Positions 10,089-17,844 of a DNA stretch of 53,725 nt are shown here, in pieces. Position numbers and translations under genes: made by a program. The notes beneath the pieces were generated by a model. It was given only the letters and a program-made list of their open reading frames with translations, was not told where the DNA came from and searched no databases. Source of the stretch: a virus (lineage: Duplodnaviria; Caudoviricetes); the IMG/VR virus record IMGVR_UViG_3300027972_000015, positions 1-53,725 of that record. One strand, given 5' to 3'. The stretch's first letter is position 1. The number at the start of each line of letters is the position of its first letter.

Positions 10089-10104
10089 GCGAAAGGAGTA
10101 CCCC

Positions 10105-10335
10105 ATGTTCACAAAAAACAACGTCCTGCTCGCAGTCGGCATCATGGCGCTCGTCGCCCCGGACCTCGCGGCGTTCGCGGTCGGGTTGCAAGCGCTCGAC
10201 CTGCCCTGGCTGACGTGGCCGGTTCGCGTGGTCGGGTTCCTGGCGGCGGTGGCTGCGCGGGCGCCGGTGATCGTCCAGAAGGTGCTGGAGGCGCGCAAGG
10301 CGCAGGCCGAGCCACCGAAAGGCCCGACGCCGTGA
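10105..10335 (+). CDS. Holin-like membrane protein (76 aa)
   Basis: AAGGAG RBS; two hydrophobic segments and a charged C-tail. Confidence 0.5.
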   Translation: MFTKNNVLLAVGIMALVAPDLAAFAVGLQALDLPWLTWPVRVVGFLAAVAARAPVIVQKVLEARKAQAEPPKGPTP

Positions 10336-10520
10336 ACGGCGACGCCGAAGCCGCCCGCGTGGTGATTCTGACCTGGCTGGCGATCTTCCTTGCTCTGTTC
10401 TTCGCTCCGTCTTGCGCGGTCGCCGTGCCCGCCACGGTGGCCACGAGCTACGTCACAGGCCAGGTGATCGCCGTGTACATGCCAGATTCGATCGAACAAC
10501 CAATGAAAGGAAGACCATGA
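10332..10520 (+). CDS. Small membrane protein (62 aa)
   Basis: GTGA/ATGA overlaps on both sides; VVILTWLAIFLALFF TM segment. Confidence 0.4.
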   Translation: MNGDAEAARVVILTWLAIFLALFFAPSCAVAVPATVATSYVTGQVIAVYMPDSIEQPMKGRP

Positions 10521-10741
10521 ACCACGATGAGAAGATCGATCAGACAGTCGGAACCTCAGGCGAAGCGATCCTAAAGTTCTTCAAGTGCGGGCACCTGCCC
10601 GACAAGCTGCGGAGCGTGTCCGAAATGTTCGGGGTCCTTGCCCTGCACCTCGCGATTGATCTGCCGCGCTCGGCAGAGCGCACAGTGGCCCTGCGCAAGC
10701 TGCTCGAATCGAAGGACGCGGCAGTGAGGGCTGCGCTGTGA
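10517..10741 (+). CDS. Conserved small phage helical-hairpin protein, possibly Acb2/Tad1-like (74 aa)
   Basis: FFKCGHLP...LP.SAERTVALRKLLESKDAAVRA motif; relation to Acb2/Tad1 is inference. Confidence 0.6.
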   Translation: MNHDEKIDQTVGTSGEAILKFFKCGHLPDKLRSVSEMFGVLALHLAIDLPRSAERTVALRKLLESKDAAVRAAL

Positions 10742-11118
10742 TCCGCATCGTTGTCCTCGTCGCCGTCCTGCTCGCCGCCGTCCCTGCCCGCGCCGACACG
10801 CCTATCAGCAAATGCTGGTCGCGCGTCTGCGTGGGGCCCGAGGTGTCCGTCAGCGTGCTTGCGATGGACCTGGGCTCGCGCAAGATCACTGCGGGCCTGC
10901 TGCCCGTCGGGAGCATCGGCTATGGCGTGCGGACGCCGGGCGACTGGGTAGCCGCCGGGCTGTTCCTGTCGGCGAGGGCTGGCAGCGGCCTCCCTGGGTT
11001 CCTGGCGCCGTCGCTGCAGGTGAGGATTGCCCGCGCGTTCACGCTCGGGACGGAGTGCTACGTTGGCGAAGACGGCACGCGGTGGTCGCTTCTCGTGGGG
11101 GGAGGGTTCGGACTATGA
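10738..11118 (+). CDS. Secreted beta-strand-rich protein, possible small outer-membrane barrel (126 aa)
   Basis: Signal peptide ending PARA-D; alternating polar/apolar strands; C-terminus WSLLVGGGFGL. Confidence 0.55.
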   Translation: MIRIVVLVAVLLAAVPARADTPISKCWSRVCVGPEVSVSVLAMDLGSRKITAGLLPVGSIGYGVRTPGDWVAAGLFLSARAGSGLPGFLAPSLQVRIARAFTLGTECYVGEDGTRWSLLVGGGFGL

Positions 11119-11423
11119 ACTATCCCGTCTGCGCGTACATGGGGCCAATGCCATACGAACCTTTCCCATTGCAGCCGTATTGGCCGCCGATTCACCAGCC
11201 ACCGTCCGTTCCCACGGACGTCTCGACGACGATCGTCGTCATCAACAACAACGGCAAGATGACCGACGCCGAGCACGACCTCGACGAGCTGCTTGCTGCG
11301 GTGACAGAGCTTCCGCCACCGCTTACCGAAGGCGGTATGAGGCTGGCTGCAACGGTGGCCAAGCTACGCGAGCGGCAGCGCCAGAGGCTAGGGCTGCCAG
11401 AGCCGGGAAGGAAAGCGCCATGA
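11115..11423 (+). CDS. Hypothetical Pro-rich protein (102 aa)
   Basis: ATGA overlaps on both sides; GGAGG RBS. Confidence 0.5.
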   Translation: MNYPVCAYMGPMPYEPFPLQPYWPPIHQPPSVPTDVSTTIVVINNNGKMTDAEHDLDELLAAVTELPPPLTEGGMRLAATVAKLRERQRQRLGLPEPGRKAP

Positions 11424-12217
11424 AGCGCCTTGGATGGAACCCGCCGACCGAGCAGCACTACGCGCGTCTGAAGTACCGCAGCGCCGCTCCGATGTCCGTG
11501 CTCGACGGCATCATCCCGGACCAGACGTCGGACAACTACCGGCTGTGCATCCTGCTTGACCAGGGCAACTTGGGGAGTTGCACCGGCCAGGCCTGCGCAC
11601 AGATGATCCGCGCCGCCCAGGTCAAGCGGTGGGAAGTCGACGCGCCACCGGTGTCAGCGCTCGCTCTCTACTACTGGGGCCGCTACCGGGACGGCACGCA
11701 GATGGACGATGTCGGATCCAACATCTGCACGGTGCTCGACATGGCGGCCGGGCTGGGCGTTCCGCTTGAGCGCGACTGGCCCTACCAAATCGAGAAGTTC
11801 GACCTTCGCCCGTCGCTGAGCACCGACCGCGGCGCCTACGATCAGCGCGCCGTCGAGCACATGACATACGAGCAGATGTCCGCGAACAGCGAGACGTTCC
11901 TAGACCAGTTGGAGCGCGCGCTTACCGTCGGCTACCTGGTCGCGTTCGGCGTGCAGGTGTCCGAGCGGTTCTGCTCCGAGCAGCCGTCTGGCATCGTGGA
12001 AGCCCCCCTGCCCGGCGAGAAGATCGCGGGCGGCCACGCCCTCACAGCGATTGGCCACAACCACGCCGAGCGATGGGCGTTGGTGCTCAACTCGTGGGGG
12101 CCGTGGGGAGACCCGGAGTTGCCAACCGGATGCTTCCGGATGAGCTACGACTACATGACGAGATCGGCAGATCGATGGTTCGTCCCGCGAGTTCCACGAC
12201 CGGAGGTGAAGCCATGA
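11420..12217 (+). CDS. Papain-family (C1A) cysteine peptidase (265 aa)
   Basis: DQGNLGSCTG (oxyanion Q, catalytic C), GGHAL (H), NSWG (N), GCFRMSYDY. Confidence 0.9.
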   Translation: MKRLGWNPPTEQHYARLKYRSAAPMSVLDGIIPDQTSDNYRLCILLDQGNLGSCTGQACAQMIRAAQVKRWEVDAPPVSALALYYWGRYRDGTQMDDVGSNICTVLDMAAGLGVPLERDWPYQIEKFDLRPSLSTDRGAYDQRAVEHMTYEQMSANSETFLDQLERALTVGYLVAFGVQVSERFCSEQPSGIVEAPLPGEKIAGGHALTAIGHNHAERWALVLNSWGPWGDPELPTGCFRMSYDYMTRSADRWFVPRVPRPEVKP

Positions 12218-12468
12218 AGCGCATTGCCCTTGCTGTACTGCTCACCGCCTGCGGCACCGTCCCGCCTGCTCCGCCACCGCCGCCGGCAACGGCCGATTGC
12301 CCATCTGCCTGCGAGCGCGGCCGCGCTATGCTCTGCGAGTGGGCCAAGCCGACAACCAACGGGGCCGCGTGCGAAACGGTCTGCGAAAACGCGGCCCGCT
12401 TCGTACCGTGGCCGACGGCGTGCATTGCCATCGCTGCGACGTGCGCGGCGGCCGACGCCTGCCAGTGA
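12214..12468 (+). CDS. Cys/Pro-rich lipoprotein, possible o-spanin (84 aa)
   Basis: MKRIALAVLLTA-C lipobox, polyproline linker, multiple Cys. Confidence 0.65.
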   Translation: MKRIALAVLLTACGTVPPAPPPPPATADCPSACERGRAMLCEWAKPTTNGAACETVCENAARFVPWPTACIAIAATCAAADACQ

Positions 12469-12510
12469 TTCACCCGTAGCACGGCCCTCGGGCCGAGGAA
12501 GTATCTGACA

Positions 12511-12771
12511 ATGAGCGCACACCGAGATTCGTACTCAGACGAGGCCGACGCCGAGCACATGCGGTTCTGCGAGACTGATCCACGGGGGCCGGTGTGCAGA
12601 GTTCGAGAGGAGATTGGAGCGATGAAGATCGAGCTTGAGGCAATCAAGATGGAGCAAGTCCGCCAGACCGCCGTCCTAGGTTTTTGGAAGTGGGCGCTTC
12701 CCGTCGTTGTCAGCGTGGCGTCGGTCCTGGCGTCGTTGCTGGGCTCGTGGATCAAGCTGAGGCACGGATGA
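12511..12771 (+). CDS. Coiled-coil protein with C-terminal TM, holin-like (86 aa)
   Basis: WKWALPVVVSVASVLASLLGSWI TM after a short coiled-coil. Confidence 0.5.
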   Translation: MSAHRDSYSDEADAEHMRFCETDPRGPVCRVREEIGAMKIELEAIKMEQVRQTAVLGFWKWALPVVVSVASVLASLLGSWIKLRHG

Positions 12772-13001
12772 AGCGCGCACCACGTGACGTCAGCGACGAG
12801 CGCGTGACTCCCCACAAGCCTGGACGGGCCGCGCGCGCGGTGAAGGCCCACGCGAAGCCGGTTCCCATCGTGACAGCATGGTCGAAGATCCCGGCTCGCT
12901 GGGAGCGGTGCCCGCGCTGCGGGCAGGTGCGCACCGTCGGGTTCGACTGGCGGCGCCCGTGCATCGTGGACAAGAAAGCGTCGAGGTATTTGGGCGAATG
13001 A
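12768..13001 (+). CDS. Basic hypothetical protein with CPRCG motif (77 aa)
   Basis: ATGA overlaps on both sides. Confidence 0.45.
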   Translation: MKRAPRDVSDERVTPHKPGRAARAVKAHAKPVPIVTAWSKIPARWERCPRCGQVRTVGFDWRRPCIVDKKASRYLGE

Positions 13002-13351
13002 ACCACGCGAGCTTTTCCAGACGGCACAAGCGCGACGCTACCCACGGCGAGGTGGCGAAGACGCTGGAGGCGTTCGGGTTCTCGGTTGTCGACTTGTCAG
13101 GAGCCGGCGGCGGCGTCTCCGATCTGCTCGTTGGGCTGTGGAACGTGACAGACCTCGTGGAAGTCAAGAGCACAGCCGCTTCCACGTACACGCCAGCCCA
13201 GATCAAGCTGCGCGAGAAGTGGCGCGGATCTCCGTTCGTTCGCCTGGAGAACCGTCAGCAGGCCGAGGAGTGGGCGCGACGCACGCGACACGAGCGCGGG
13301 CGGGCGCAGATTCCGCCGTTGCCAGCGTTGCCGGGGTTGACGTCGCGATGA
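12998..13351 (+). CDS. PD-(D/E)xK nuclease, VRR-NUC/resolvase-like (117 aa)
   Basis: RDATHGEV...GVSDLLVG...LVEVK...TPAQ. Confidence 0.8.
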   Translation: MNHASFSRRHKRDATHGEVAKTLEAFGFSVVDLSGAGGGVSDLLVGLWNVTDLVEVKSTAASTYTPAQIKLREKWRGSPFVRLENRQQAEEWARRTRHERGRAQIPPLPALPGLTSR

Positions 13352-13567
13352 TGGATCCAGACTGGGCCGTTCGCCGCATCGAGGATCGCCTCGCGAAGTT
13401 GCGGCCGCAACCACAACCGCAGGAGACCGACATGGCCAAGAACACGAAGCCGACGAAGAAGACGCCGATCAAGCCTGGCCGACCGCTGCGACCAGGAGTT
13501 CCAGGAACGAAGCGATAGCACCAACGGCCGCGACCTGGGCCACAGATGCCGGCGGCGAGGAGGCATC

Positions 13568-13735
13568 ATGGACGAGCCGAAGAACGATCTGCAGCTCGAC
13601 ATCCCGCGCGCCTGGCTGAAACGCCGAGACGAGCTCGCGCAGCTACTCCGAGACTGCCAGCACGACGGGCGCGTGCTCGAAAACGATCGCGGTGACACCT
13701 TCTGCGAGAGGTGCGGGGCCAGGTTGACCGGCTAG
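13568..13735 (+). CDS. Small zinc-binding hypothetical protein (55 aa)
   Basis: GAGGAGG RBS; CQH...CERCG; translated by hand (below the ORF-track cutoff). Confidence 0.5.
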   Translation: MDEPKNDLQLDIPRAWLKRRDELAQLLRDCQHDGRVLENDRGDTFCERCGARLTG

Positions 13736-13947
13736 AGTGGAGGCCTCACGCTGGTAGCGGCGGCATCGTAGAACTCGACGATGAAAGCCCGTTTGCGCCT
13801 CTTCGGCACGCGCCCACATCTCGGGGCCATGCGCTCACGGTACCACCGAGCGAAGACAAGCGAGCATCGGCCACAGTAGTCCACTCCGTCGGCAAAGTGC
13901 CAACCGGTAGATGGGTGGAACGGACCGTTGCAAGCGAAGCAGCGCAC
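13732..13947 (-). CDS. Zinc-finger-like hypothetical protein (71 aa)
   Basis: CFAC...CGRC; convergent with the + strand operon. Confidence 0.55.
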   Translation of the reverse strand: MRCFACNGPFHPSTGWHFADGVDYCGRCSLVFARWYRERMAPRCGRVPKRRKRAFIVEFYDAAATSVRPPL

Positions 13948-13958
13948 GGTCGGCTATT

Positions 13959-14216
13959 CTAGCACAGCGTCGGCTTGCACACCCGCCCGCAGACCGCGAG
14001 TTGCACGCGCTCCCCGTATGCCCGTGACTCGCGCGCGTGCTGCGAATCCAGCAGGCACGAGCGGAGCATGTCGAAGGCATTGGCGATCGACTGCTGGTCC
14101 GCCTGCGAGACCGCCCGGGCGCCGCACGGGCAGACCATCCAGCCTTTACCGAATCTCGTCAGGTGCGTGCACTTCAGCGCGTGCTCCTCGTGGCCGCATG
14201 CCTTGCAGATTTTCAT
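13959..14216 (-). CDS. Cys/His-rich hypothetical protein (85 aa)
   Basis: MKICKACGHEEH...C...CPC. Confidence 0.5.
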   Translation of the reverse strand: MKICKACGHEEHALKCTHLTRFGKGWMVCPCGARAVSQADQQSIANAFDMLRSCLLDSQHARESRAYGERVQLAVCGRVCKPTLC

Positions 14217-14256
14217 GGCTACAACCCCTGTAGCCAAGCTTACCACGGCAAGCGGT

Positions 14257-14457
14257 TCAGTAGCGGAGAAGGCCCCACAAGTTCACCGGCCGGCCGAGGT
14301 AGTCGTAGGCCCATCGGTTCCCCGGGCTGTCGGGCGGCAGTGGTTGGCGGGCCGCCGGTTTCGTCACGAGGTGGTCGGCACGGGCCATGATCTTCGCGTC
14401 GAGCTCAGCCTGGCGGGAGACTTCGCGGGCCACGCGGCGGGCTTTGATGTCGTCCAT
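14257..14457 (-). CDS. Hypothetical protein (66 aa)
   Basis: First gene of the short leftward unit; TATCCT 6 nt before ATG. Confidence 0.4.
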   Translation of the reverse strand: MDDIKARRVAREVSRQAELDAKIMARADHLVTKPAARQPLPPDSPGNRWAYDYLGRPVNLWGLLRY

Positions 14458-14490
14458 GCGGAAAGGATACACCACGAATGCCAAAAAGCC

Positions 14491-14529
14491 GACGGGGCAC
14501 TTGACTCGCGCCGAGTGCCCCGTCAAACT
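14491..14529. promoter_or_regulatory. 11-bp inverted repeat overlapping a rightward promoter at the divergence point
   Basis: GACGGGGCACT-N12-AGTGCCCCGTC; TTGACT(14501)-17 nt-CAAACT; on minus strand followed by GGCTTTTT. Confidence 0.5.
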
Positions 14530-14547
14530 TTAGGTCGCCAAACCCTG

Positions 14548-14838
14548 ATGAGAACCGTAGCACCACACCACAGCGAGCGCAAGCCGGACACGTTTTCCAC
14601 CAACGGTGGTAGGGCGAGAATCGAAGTAGCGCTTGAGCCAGATGCCGGATTAGACGGGCACCGTGGCCACCACGGAAATGTGATGTTAACGGTGGATCCA
14701 AGGCAAGCGTTGCTGACGCCGTCCACGGCTCGAGCGCTTGCGAAATCTCTCATGGGATGGGCATCCGAGGCGGAGGCTCGACGAGCACGCCGCGATCAAG
14801 ATATGCCCCCGACTGGGCAGGGTGAGGCTCCGCGGTGA
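14548..14838 (+). CDS. Hypothetical protein (96 aa)
   Basis: Downstream of promoter candidate; LTPSTARALAKSL helix. Confidence 0.45.
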   Translation: MRTVAPHHSERKPDTFSTNGGRARIEVALEPDAGLDGHRGHHGNVMLTVDPRQALLTPSTARALAKSLMGWASEAEARRARRDQDMPPTGQGEAPR

Positions 14839-15626
14839 AACGCGCCCTCCGTCGCAAGACGAAGCTCGGCAGAGCAAGTAGGTCGCGCGCCGCGGGTAAC
14901 GCCCGAGCGCGAAACGCGCAACATGAGGCCGTGAGAGATGGTACTTCGCTTTTCGGGGGGCGAGGGATCGGACATGTCGGGCTGGTGACCGAGCCGGCTC
15001 TGGCGCGCAGCCAGCATACCCTCTGTCAGAGCCACGGAGCCGGGGTCTGTCCATCCCCTGGCACTAGGTAGCAGCAGAGCGGGAGCACAGGCTCACCGGA
15101 ACGCCAGCCATCAGGATGGATGGCTCAGACCCCCGAACGAGATGGCAATGACGTATGCGTAGAGAAAACGTAACCTACGCGCCGGGCAGATCAATAGACC
15201 CAGAGCTGCCCGCCGAACACCTGCTCCTGGAGCGCCAGCAAATCGCGCTCAGGGCGCACGCAGCTCGCGCAGGACGGGCGTTCTGTCGTCGGCCGGGCGT
15301 CCGTAGCCTCACCGTCATCGTGCACGCAGTCGCACGACAGCGAGGCGCACCGGTGGCCGGGCGATACGGCCCAGGCTCGGACGGTTGACGTTGTGCGGCC
15401 CATGCGTCAATCGTGGCCATACGCGCATGTAGGTGTCAAGACGTTTCGCGTAACAAAGTGACGAAAATGGGCACCGCAAGAAAATGTTGCATAGCCAACC
15501 CGACGAGTCTTGTCACGTGCACCGGGACGTCTCGGCGCGAAAGTGGCGAGATTCTTGAGGCTAGAAACTGGCCCGCGGGTTGCTTTATCCCCAGACGTGG
15601 CAACGCAAAACAAGGAGGACACGACG

Positions 15627-15866
15627 ATGACCAAGACGACGATCAACTACAACCGCTACGACGTGACGGTGCAATGGACCGACGAGACGAGGGAGCCAGG
15701 ATATCAGGAGCGCATCGAGACCATGATCGTCGAGGCTGGCGACACCCCTGACTCCGCGATCGCCGTGGCACGCACGCTGCGTCCAAACGCGTCTAGAGTG
15801 CAGGTGCACGGCGTGGCCGGAACCGGGATCGCGTTCGACGGCCGGGCCAACGTCTGGACCCGCTAG
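15627..15866 (+). CDS. Early hypothetical protein (79 aa)
   Basis: AAGGAGG RBS; repeated start cassette (MTKTTI). Confidence 0.7.
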   Translation: MTKTTINYNRYDVTVQWTDETREPGYQERIETMIVEAGDTPDSAIAVARTLRPNASRVQVHGVAGTGIAFDGRANVWTR

Positions 15867-16051
15867 CCGCCCGCGCCTCGTGCGCGGCACCGCCGTCCGT
15901 CAGTCGCCGCGAATCGGACGCGGGACGGGCGCCACCAGAACCACTCTAAGTGTCCTCGAAAGACCCGCCGACCGTTACCCCGCGCCTCGTGCGCGGTCCG
16001 CCCCTCTCGACGGAGCGAGGCGGACCGGACCCGAGATAAGGAGACACGACG
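15864..16051 (+). repeat. Structured intergenic element, copy 1
   Basis: CCGCGCCTCGTGCGCGG at 15871 and 15980; AGTGTCCTCGAAAGACCCGCCGACC at 15949; stem GGTCCGCC/GGCGGACC. Confidence 0.75.
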
Positions 16052-16312
16052 ATGAACAAGACCACGACAGCGATTCGACGATCAATGGTTCACAACAATA
16101 TGCCGACAACGACTACCGCACAGAAGCTCGTCGCGAGCCTGGCAGCGCGCATCGCGCGTCACTGGCAGCGGGGGTGGCTAGGTAGCTATTACTTCTCTTC
16201 GTCGCGAGACGCGTATCGAGCAGTGGCGCGATCGGTCCGGCTGGCCCGGGCCGGGCTGCTCCACGGAGGTCATGGCCCTTACGGGCGCGGCCCTGCGGCG
16301 TGGTTGTCGTGA
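16052..16312 (+). CDS. Early basic hypothetical protein (86 aa)
   Basis: TAAGGAG RBS; start cassette (MNKTTT). Confidence 0.6.
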   Translation: MNKTTTAIRRSMVHNNMPTTTTAQKLVASLAARIARHWQRGWLGSYYFSSSRDAYRAVARSVRLARAGLLHGGHGPYGRGPAAWLS

Positions 16313-16518
16313 CGACTAGCCAGCCCGCGCCTCGGTTCCAGTAGACCAGCGATCCGGCCGAATGCCAAAGGGTAGGCCCTACGGGCAGAACAAGAATCGC
16401 TGGTCTGCTGGGACCGAGGACAATAGTGTTCCCGAAAGACCCGCCGACCATTCCCCGTCCGCGCCTCGTGCGCGGCAGCCCCACCCGACACCGAGCGGGG
16501 CTGCTGGGACCGAGGACC
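16313..16518 (+). repeat. Structured intergenic element, copy 2
   Basis: CCGCGCCTCG at 16325, full 17-mer at 16459; AGTGTTCCCGAAAGACCCGCCGACC at 16425; 24-bp stem 16330-16353/16396-16419; stem GGCAGCCCC/GGGGCTGCT. Confidence 0.75.
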
Positions 16519-16644
16519 GTGGTAGAGCGCGACGATCTGCTCGCGGTCATCCGGGCACAGTCGTGCTGGTGCTCGCTGCGCGCGACCGGGCTGCACGTGG
16601 CGTGGTGCCCGCGGCACGGGTGGCACGACGAGGACGCTAGATAG
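16519..16644 (+). CDS. Small hypothetical protein (41 aa; CWC...H...C..H)
   Basis: GAGGA RBS with GTG start. Confidence 0.35.
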   Translation: MVERDDLLAVIRAQSCWCSLRATGLHVAWCPRHGWHDEDAR

Positions 16645-16658
16645 ATTCGCGCCGCTAG

Positions 16659-16693
16659 TTGCATCTCGACGTCAGCCGTGGTACCCATCATCA
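16659..16693 (+). promoter_or_regulatory. Promoter candidate, leaderless, for RHH gene
   Basis: TTGCAT-17 nt-(TGG)TACCCA-6 nt-ATG. Confidence 0.4.
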
Positions 16694-16945
16694 ATGAGCA
16701 AACGCATGCAAAAACTCAAGACCTCCACTCCAGCCGACAAGCCTCGCCTAGGCCGCCCGCCGACGCCGGCGAACCTGCAGCAGCGACGGTGCCTGTCCGT
16801 CCACCTCACCGACGACGAGGCGGCAGTCGTCGCGAGCGCCGCGCGGATGGCAACCTCGCCGCGCTCGCACTGGGCCAGGCGCGTGCTGGTGGATGCCGCG
16901 CGAGCCGTCCTTCGCGCCGCCGGACTCGGCGCTGACGCGCTGTGA
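16694..16945 (+). CDS. Ribbon-helix-helix-like DNA-binding protein (83 aa)
   Basis: GRPP hook then LSVHLTDDEAAVVASAA...SHWARRVL. Confidence 0.65.
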   Translation: MSKRMQKLKTSTPADKPRLGRPPTPANLQQRRCLSVHLTDDEAAVVASAARMATSPRSHWARRVLVDAARAVLRAAGLGADAL

Positions 16946-16973
16946 AGTTTCGACAGGGCTATGTCGATTTTTC

Positions 16974-17001
16974 TTGCATCGACGAATCGGGCTGGTATCC
17001 T
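16974..17001 (+). promoter_or_regulatory. Early promoter candidate
   Basis: T-tract, TTGCAT-16 nt-(TGG)TATCCT; in-frame ATG 6 nt later (17008). Confidence 0.5.
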
Positions 17002-17031
17002 AGGATCATGACGACGAAGGGAGACACGACG

Positions 17032-17277
17032 ATGACCAAGACGACGATTCGCGGAATGACCCGGGACGAGCTGACGGATGCGGCGCTGGCGTACGTGCGA
17101 GCTGGCGGACGCGACACGAGCGAGGCCACGGCAGAGCAGATCGTCGACGCGGCTGTCGACAGCATGCTCGGACGCGAGGACGTGCAGGAGCTTCGCGCCG
17201 AGGCCGGCGACGTCGAGATCGTGGTGGGAGCGCTCAAGCAGTTCGTTGCGCAGGCGATCGAGGACGAGCAGGCGTGA
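17032..17277 (+). CDS. Early acidic helical protein (81 aa)
   Basis: AAGGGAG RBS; start cassette identical over 26 bp to that of 15627. Confidence 0.7.
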   Translation: MTKTTIRGMTRDELTDAALAYVRAGGRDTSEATAEQIVDAAVDSMLGREDVQELRAEAGDVEIVVGALKQFVAQAIEDEQA

Positions 17278-17556
17278 CCATGACGAACACCAAGGAGACG
17301 ACGATGAACACCGCGAAGATGGCATACGAGCATGAGTACGAGGACGACAGCGAGCAGCTCCACACGGTTCCGGTGTACGATGCGACCTGTTGATATCGAC
17401 GTTTTCGCTGTGTTGATTCACGACTTGGCATACGCTACGCGAGAGGTCGATTACTACCCAGAGAGCATCTCGGCCGGCATGCGACTTGACAGCGCGTGCA
17501 AAGCGTGGCTGCAGGCCCGCCGGGAACAGCGCGAGCGCGCGAAGGAGGGCCGTTAA

Positions 17557-17844
17557 ATGCGCCGCCGTCACGACTCCTGGTCCGGCGACGAGCCGACCGT
17601 GCGCTGTGAGATTCCCTCGCAGGCAGAGCAGGAGGCGCGCATCCTGGCAGCGCACGATGCCCGCGCGCCGCAGTTCCCCGAGTTCGCTCCGGCCGGCCGG
17701 ACCTACTCGGTCGCCGAGATGCGTGCTGACCTGGAGACAACGCAGCCGGAGATGCCGGCGCTACCGGACCCTGACCGCGAGCCGAGCTGGCGACAGGTGC
17801 TCGCGATGGGAGTAAAGGACATTTTCTCAGAGGTACTTTCATGA
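17557..17844 (+). CDS. Hypothetical protein (95 aa)
   Basis: GGAGG RBS; coupled to next gene. Confidence 0.55.
   Translation: MRRRHDSWSGDEPTVRCEIPSQAEQEARILAAHDARAPQFPEFAPAGRTYSVAEMRADLETTQPEMPALPDPDREPSWRQVLAMGVKDIFSEVLS

Noticed and set aside
14835-15420. Overlapping short ORFs on both strands
   Set aside because: No RBS or motif favours any frame; treated as mostly non-coding
15871-16516. HDV-like ribozyme reading of CGC-GCCTCGT-GCG
   Set aside because: Resembles P3/L3, but I could not build consistent P1, P1.1 and J4/2 elements in the copies; left as an unassigned structured repeat
15864-16518. CRISPR array or integron attC sites
   Set aside because: Irregular spacing, too few copies, no cas or integrase gene, no RYYYAAC/GTTRRRY ends
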